Source: Eledone cirrhosa
Lineage: Eukaryota
NCBI GenBank assembly: GCA_964016885.1
Contig: OZ024764.1
Span: 8,680,001-8,744,000, forward strand
Length of the DNA stretch: 64,000 nt
Direction: 5' to 3'
Shown: piece after piece, positions 56,460-64,000 of the stretch
Numbering within the stretch: the first letter of the stretch is position 1
How the letters are laid out: every line of letters starts with the position of its first letter
Made by a program: the position numbers and the translations under genes
The notes under the pieces: generated by a model
Told to the model about the DNA's origin: nothing
Seen by the model: only the letters and a program-made list of their open reading frames with translations
The model's database searches: none

Positions 56460-58038
56460 ATCAGGGGTCGCTGCCTCTCCTGAAGGTCAATAGTTCTCTT
56501 CTAACTCGAGCTGGAGCACCTTTCCATTGTCAATTTGCATTGATCATCTGCAAAGCAACATTGTTCTCAGAACCACTACACCAGTCTTTCTATGTGTGCA
56601 ACTGGAATTACTGCCACCCATTAATTTGGTAGGATTTTCTTATCAGTTCTTCCGCCCTTTGTCAGGTTTTGTTTTTTGTTCTGCAGGGTCTCCAAAATCA
56701 CCCTCCTCACCAGGTAAACTTGGTGGGGTTGCCGGTTTAGTCACCGACGACCCGATATTACGACAGGTTGTACTGGGTTACATGCCACCAGTAGCACTCG
56801 AGAGTGACCCGACATAAACATACATATATACATACATATATACAAACACACATACATACATGTACACATACACACACATACATGCATACGTACATATATA
56901 CACACATACGTACATATATACAAACATACCTATATACATACAACCATACATACATACATGGTGGCTGTCAACTCGTTTTCGAGTACGGCCACTACTTTAT
57001 ATCCATGTAGGAGAACCTCTACCGATGCGCTGAACGAGTGTGACTTTTTAGTCCAGCCAGCGACTTGAAAACTCTGGTACAAACACTGCACTTGTGACAA
57101 TTATTGACACATAGTGCTGGGCCCATGGTACCATGTGACGGCAAGTGCAGAGAGATCTCCAGATATAAAGCAATGCCTGTGCCGTGAAGCTTTTATAGTG
57201 AACAAAGGCACTGCCCAAAGCCAGTCCCACTCTCTTAACCAAGATGATATTTACCAAAAAGAAGAACAAGTCAACATCATTGGATACCATCAGGGTTGCA
57301 GGTGTTATATCAGAGTTTTCCTTCTCCTAGAATTCTGCCTTGACAAAGGCTAAGGGTCATCTCTCCCGGTGATTTTGGATGGCCATTGACTCTTAAGAGT
57401 TCCTTTGCCCTTTGACAGGTTTTGTTTTTAGTCCTGCAGGATGTCCAAAGTCACCCTCCTCACCAAGAAACCTTGGTGGGGTTGCCAGTTTAGTCGCCAA
57501 CGACCCGACCATGAGACAGGTTGTACTGGGATACATGTTACCAGTAGCACCAACATACATACATACATACATACATACATACATACATACATACATACAT
57601 ACATGGTGGCTGCCAACTCGTTTTCGAGTACGGCCACTACTTTATATCCATGTAGGAGAACCCCTACTGATGCGCTGAACGAGTGTGACTTTTTAGTCCA
57701 GCCAGCGACTTGAAAGCTCTGGTACAAACACTACACTTGTGACAATTATTGACACATAGTGCTGGGCCCATGGTACCATGTGACGACAAATGCAGAGAGA
57801 TCTCCAGATATAAAGCAATGCCTGTGCCGTGAAGCTTTTATAGTGAGCAAAGGCACTGCACAAAGCCAGTCCCACTCTCTTGACCAAGATGATATTTACC
57901 AAAAAGAAGAACAAGTCAACATCACCCTTCTCACCAAATAAACTTGGTGGGGTTGCCGGTTTAGTCGCCGACGACCCAACCATGTAACAGGTTGTACTGG
58001 GTTACATGTTACCAATAGCATTCAAGAGTGCCCTGACA
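56460..58038 (-). mobile_element. Three tandem or partial non-autonomous elements related to an RTE 5' UTR, two ending in (ATGT)n tails
   Basis: Repeated blocks at 56655, 57410 and 57920, and at 56957 and 57602; motif tctaggagaaggaaaactctga; fragment also at about 6450-6560. Confidence 0.6.
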
Positions 58039-58040
58039 TA

Positions 58041-58122
58041 CCATCGAATTCAAACATCCATGATTCACCTCCTGTTATTACTTTATTCGAGAAATTTCGC
58101 TCAATTTCGAGTCTTCCTAAAA
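58041..58122 (-). pseudogene. Mariner transposase fragment (first catalytic motif)
   Basis: LGRLEIERNFSNKVITGGESWMFEFD, a degraded ITGDESW..YD. Confidence 0.75.
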
Positions 58123-58349
58123 CGAGGTTTGTCTTCACCTTTGTTTCCCGTCTCCTTCAAAGCTTTGCGAAACGTAGAACCCTTACTTCGATAGAATGGC
58201 GTCTCCCCAAATATAACTAGGAATATATACATATTTTCTATTTCAACTTCTGTCTTCACTCTACACATGTATTGAGTACTTTATCTACCGTAGTTACTTA
58301 CGACTCAACTCGGGATCTTAGATACACACACACACATATATATATGTAC

Positions 58350-58403
<54 letters not shown>

Positions 58404-58556
58404 ACGTGTGTGTGTGTGTGTACATATGTATATATATATATATATATATATATGTAATAATAATAAATTTGAAGACTAAAATCCAAAGAGGGCTCGATAA
58501 GGATAAATATATATCAAATATATAAGAACCGTAGAGCAAATATATATCTCTCTCTC

Positions 58557-58651
<95 letters not shown>

Positions 58652-59719
58652 GTTAGGTGTGTATAGTCCAAGCGACAGAGACACCTACGTGAGGGCTGCC
58701 TGAAGACAATCCCCTGAAAAAAACCCATCAACTCATAAAATTTACGACATTAAACATATATCTTGTGAGATACCTGCTGTGGTTATGACTGAGTGGTGGT
58801 GGTGGTGTGGTGGTGTGGTGGTGGTGGTGTGGTGTGGTGTGCTGGGGTGTAGTGTGGTGTGCTGGGGGTGTAGTGTGGTGGTGTGGTGTGGTGTGGTGGT
58901 GGTGTGGTGGTGTGCTGGTGTGCTGGTGTGGTGGTGGTGGTGTGGTGTGGTGTGGTGGTGGTGGTGCGGTGGTGTGGTGTGGTGGGGGTGGGGGTGGTGG
59001 TGGTGGTGTGGTGGTGTGGTTATGACTGAGTGGTGGTGTGGTGGTGGTGTGATGTGGTGTGGTGTGGTGGCGGTGTGGTGTGCTGGGGTGTAGTGTGGTG
59101 TGGTGGTGTACTGGGCGGGGGGGGCTGTGATTGTGTAGTGGTGGTGTGGTGTGGTGGGGCTGTGGTATGGGGGGTGCTGGGGCGGGGGTCTGTGGTGACG
59201 GTGTGGTGGTGTGGTATGGGGGGCGGGGTTATGGGGCGGGAGGGGCTGTGGTGGGGGTGTGCTGGGGCGGGGGGATGTGGTGGTGTGGTTGGGCGTAGTG
59301 TGGTGTGCTGGATGGGGGGGGGGGGGCAGTGGTGACGGTGGGGTGGTGTGATGTGATGTTGTGTGGTGGTGTTGGTGCTGTGCTTGGGTGCGTTTGTGTG
59401 TGTGTGTGGGGGGAGGGGGGTAGTAGCTGTGGTGGTGGTGTGATTAAATAGAGCGATAGATGGACAATAGATATTGCAAAGGGTAACACACCGCCACCAC
59501 TAGCACCAGCACCAGCACCACCACCACACCACCACATCACACCACAACTACACCACAGCACCACTCTGTTATAACCACAGCTACCACCACCACTACCGCC
59601 GCCACTACCACCAGCACCACCGCCTCCAACAACAACAACACCAACAACACCAACACCACCACCGCCACCACTACCACCAGCAACAACAGCACCACCGCCT
59701 CCAACACCAACAACACGAG

Positions 59720-61075
59720 TCCAGGCGCCAGACAGAGTTTATGAACAAACAATTATCCTAATCGGTTTTCGGTCGTGCCCTTGGCAGTGGAGACTTCAGG
59801 TGTCCTTGGCCCTAGGGCTACCTCCCTACTTACCACCATAGGCACAGACCAGGCTACCTGTAGCAGTGGAGACTTCTGGTGTCCTTGGCCCTAGGGCTAC
59901 CTCCCTACTTACCACCATAGGCACAGACCTAGCTACCTGTAGCAGTGGAGACTTCTGGTGTCCTTGGCCCTAGGGCTACCTCCCTACTTACCACCATAGG
60001 CACAGACCTAGCTACCTGTAGCAGTGGAGACTTCTGGTGTCCTTGGCCCTAGGGCTACCTCCCTACTTACCACCATAGGCACAGACCTAGCTACCTGTAG
60101 CAGTGGAGACTTCTGGTGTCCTTGGCCCTAGGGCTACCTCCCTACTCACCACCATAGGCACAGACCTGGCTACCTGTAGCAGTGGAGACTTCTGGTGTCC
60201 TTGGCCCTAGGGCTACCTCCCTACTCACCACCATAGGCACAGACCTGACTACCTGTAGCAGTGGAGACTTCTGGTGTCCTTGGCCCTAGGGCTACCTCCC
60301 TACTCACCACCATAGGCGCTGAGCTGGCCAGCCGCAGGTGTGAGCCTCGTGAGTTGGAATAGCTCTTCCAGCGCATCTCCCTTACCATCCTCCGGGGAAA
60401 CGCCTTCTCCATTCTGTCCGCAGGGGCTGTAGGGAGGCCAGCACGTGGGACCCCATTTGCTCACCATACAGAGAGATGGGGAGGGCGAGAGTGATGGAGG
60501 TGATGACAGTGGGAGTTCGGCTCTTCTGTGTTCGGACCTGGTGTACGCGTGAGAGATGGGGAGGGCGAGAGTGATGGAGGTGATGACAGGGGGAGTTCGG
60601 CTCTTCCGTGTTCGGACCTGGTGTACGTGTGAGAGATGGGGAGGGCGAGAGTGATGGAGGTGATGACAGGGGGAGTTCGGCTCTTCCGTGTTCGGACCTG
60701 GTGTACGTGTGAGAGATGGGGAGGGCGAGAGTGATGGAGGTGATGACAGGGGGAGTTCGGCTCTTCCGTGTTCGGACCTGGTGTACGTGTGAGAGATGGG
60801 GAGGGCGAGAGTGATGGAGGTGATGACAGGGGGAGTTCGGCTCTTCCGTGTTGGGACCTGGTGTACGTGTGAGAGATGGGGTGGGGGGGGGGGGGGGAGA
60901 TGAAGGTGGTGTCAGTGGCAGTTCGGCTCTTCCGTGTTCAGACCTGGTGTACGTGTGAGAGATGGGGAGAGCGAGAGAGATGGAGGTGATGACAGTGGGA
61001 GTTCGGCTCTTCCGTGTTCGAACACATTTGTCAAACTGTAGGTTTTATGAAACAATTGTACCATAAATTAAACAG
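59720..61075 (+). mobile_element. CRE-like non-LTR 3' fragment with internal 79-bp (x7, 59784-60320) and 80-bp (about x7, 60471-61020) tandem arrays
   Basis: VVPLAVETSGVLGPRATSLLTTIGAELASRRCEPRELE*LFQRISLTILRGNAFSILS; unit starts at 59784, 59863, 59942, 60021, 60100, 60179 and 60258. Confidence 0.8.
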
Positions 61076-61359
61076 GCCTCTGACCACTGAGAAGAGAGAC
61101 AGAGAGGTGAGAGAAGGAGAGAGCAAAGGTAAGAGAAAGAGAGTAAGAGAGAGAAGAGGCAAGAGAAAGAAAGAAAGAGAGAGAGGGAGAGAGAGAGAGA
61201 GAGAGAGAGATATGTTTTGTTTAGGGAGGTTTGTGTTAGGGTTATGTTGGGTTTGTGGTGAATTTAAGGCGGTTTTTGATGAGATTTACCTGGAAGTTTT
61301 GTTCTGTTTGTGTTGAGTTTAGGGCTGGAATTCACTCTTAATTATAATTATATATAATT

Positions 61360-61775
61360 CTACACACTACTGCTCTACACCAACACCAAAGCCCAAATCA
61401 TTACACCTGATGGGATGACAGAGTTCTTTGAGATACTGGCTGGAGTGCTCCAGGGAGATACATTGGCTCCCTACCTTTTTATCATCGTAGTGTACTATTG
61501 TATGTGCCTTGCACTGGAGAAACACCAGGACTCTGGCTTTACTGTAGCACCGGCTCAGAGCAGGAGAGTTAAGACGAAAAAGATATCAGATGCTGAATTT
61601 GCCGACGACATAGTTTTGGTGACAAATATAGTGAAGGAGGCAGAGGATTTGATGCGGGAGGTGGAGATGGTGTCGATGAGTGTGGGGCTGAGAATGAATG
61701 AGACTAAAACAAAATATCTGGTAGAGAATGTTGAGACGCCAGAGGGGATCACTAATGTAGGCGGGAAGCCGCTAG
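61360..61775 (+). pseudogene. Non-LTR (RTE-like) reverse transcriptase domain fragment
   Basis: TPDGMTEFFEILAGVLQGDTLAPYLFIIV...EFADDIVLV...GLRMNETKTKYL. Confidence 0.9.
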
Positions 61776-61783
61776 AAAAAAAA

Positions 61784-61861
<78 letters not shown>

Positions 61862-62016
61862 CATATATATTTATATATACATATATATTCATTAGTTAAG
61901 CAAAACAAGACCACAAACTTCACAAGGAAGACATTATTAAAAGATTGTCAACATATTTTAGTTTGGTGTAAGGAATGTAGAGAATAATAATAATAATATT
62001 AATAATAATAATGTCC

Positions 62017-62136
62017 GTTTACAATTGTTTCGCTACTCCATATAATATTTCTGGATCAGATGACTATATATCATTATTGATCTGGTTCAGTTGAAAATAA
62101 TTAACATATTTAAAAATCAGAGTGGCTCATCGGAAC
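62017..62136 (-). ncRNA. Type I hammerhead motif with long stem II (family E, element 61887-62288)
   Basis: Minus strand: GTT-CCGATGA-GCCACTC-(about 80 nt)-GAGTAGC-GAAAC-AATT-GTA-AAC. Confidence 0.58.
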
Positions 62137-62289
62137 TCAAAGGAATATAAATTAAAATAATGGGATAATGTTACATAATATAATGTTCCATATATTGGGT
62201 TTTACTATGGTGTCTTGGTTGCATCAGCTGTCAGCCGTAATCAAGCAGTATTCATCTGTCGAGGCTACATTGTGTGAGATCTGCCTATA

Positions 62290-63310
<1,021 letters not shown>

Positions 63311-63395
63311 ATATAAATATTAAATATTATCCAATTACAAGTATGAGAGTAGCTCGATGTAAAATAACAATCAAAGAGTGTTTAATAACATTTAA

Positions 63396-63444
63396 TTACT
63401 AACAATTGTTTCATCCAAGCACAAGGCTGGATCCATCAGAGTAA
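63396..63444 (-). ncRNA. Type I hammerhead motif (A9 mutated)
   Basis: Minus strand: TTACT-CTGATGG-ATCCAGC cttgt GCTTGGAT-GAAAC-AATT-GTT-AGTAA. Confidence 0.55.
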
Positions 63445-63627
63445 AAATCAAAAGTTAGAACACAGATAACTTTGTAAAAGAACATTCTATGCTTGGATGA
63501 AATAATTGTTAAGACCCTCTTCCTGCTATTTCAAGCGTTAACTTAATATATATCTCCCATATACTGTACCGATTGTGTTGTTATTTCTATTATTTCTGTT
63601 TACCTTTTACATATACACACACATATA

Positions 63628-63722
<95 letters not shown>

Positions 63723-63786
63723 ATATATATATATAAAATAAAGTAAAATAAATAAGACAAATGTTTAAAATTTAGCTTCGTTTATT

Positions 63787-63841
63787 ACTGCTATATATAT
63801 TTCGGTGACAGCCATCTTTGGCTGTGACCTCTTCAGGCAGT
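63787..63841 (-). ncRNA. Type I hammerhead motif in a fold-back element (degenerate partner at 63943-63997, +)
   Basis: Minus strand: ACTGC-CTGAAGA-GGTCACAGCCA aaga TGGCTGTCACC-GAAAT-ATAT-ATA-GCAGT-AATAAA. Confidence 0.85.
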
Positions 63842-64000
63842 CCGAATTAGTGTGGTATAGACAAGTACATATGTTGTTGAGGTGTATAATTTTGTCAATA
63901 CTCTGATATGCCCAGTTCCTGGTTGGGTTGTTATTGGGTTGGACTGCCTGAAGAGGTCACAGCCAAAGATGGCTGTCATAAAAATATATATAGCAGTAAT

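Noticed and set aside
58139-58216. 78-nt minus-strand exon candidate (IFGETPFYRSKGSTFRKALKETGNK)
   Set aside because: Weak donor (GTGAAG), no recognisable protein, and adjacent to transposon debris.
61415-61987. Functional reverse transcriptase gene
   Set aside because: Only about 135 codons of the RT domain remain, truncated into (TA)n.

Overview
Eukaryotic, extremely microsatellite-rich ((TA)n, (CA)n, (CAC/GTG)n) non-coding DNA. The SINE families and composition suggest a cephalopod, probably an octopus (inference, not verified). No intact protein-coding gene is visible; almost all listed ORFs are translations of microsatellites or minisatellites. Between the microsatellites lies a mosaic of mobile-element relics: two tRNA-derived SINE families, RTE, L1/Tx1-like and CRE-like LINE fragments, a mariner transposase split by nested insertions, a Helitron-like end, several minisatellites amplified from retroelement ends, and many short fold-back elements inserted in (TA)n. 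By eye, more than 20 loci carry type I hammerhead ribozyme (HHR) motifs of the minimal Penelope-like-element kind (CUGAnGA / stem II / GAAA-palindromic loop-UH, often followed by AATAAA). The most striking observation is a three-copy dispersed repeat (18.9, 43.4, 52.3 kb). It holds all hammerhead core nucleotides in the non-circularly permuted order UH - GAAA - CUGAUGA within a multi-pseudoknot supported by compensatory base changes. All RNA structures were read by eye and none is experimentally tested.
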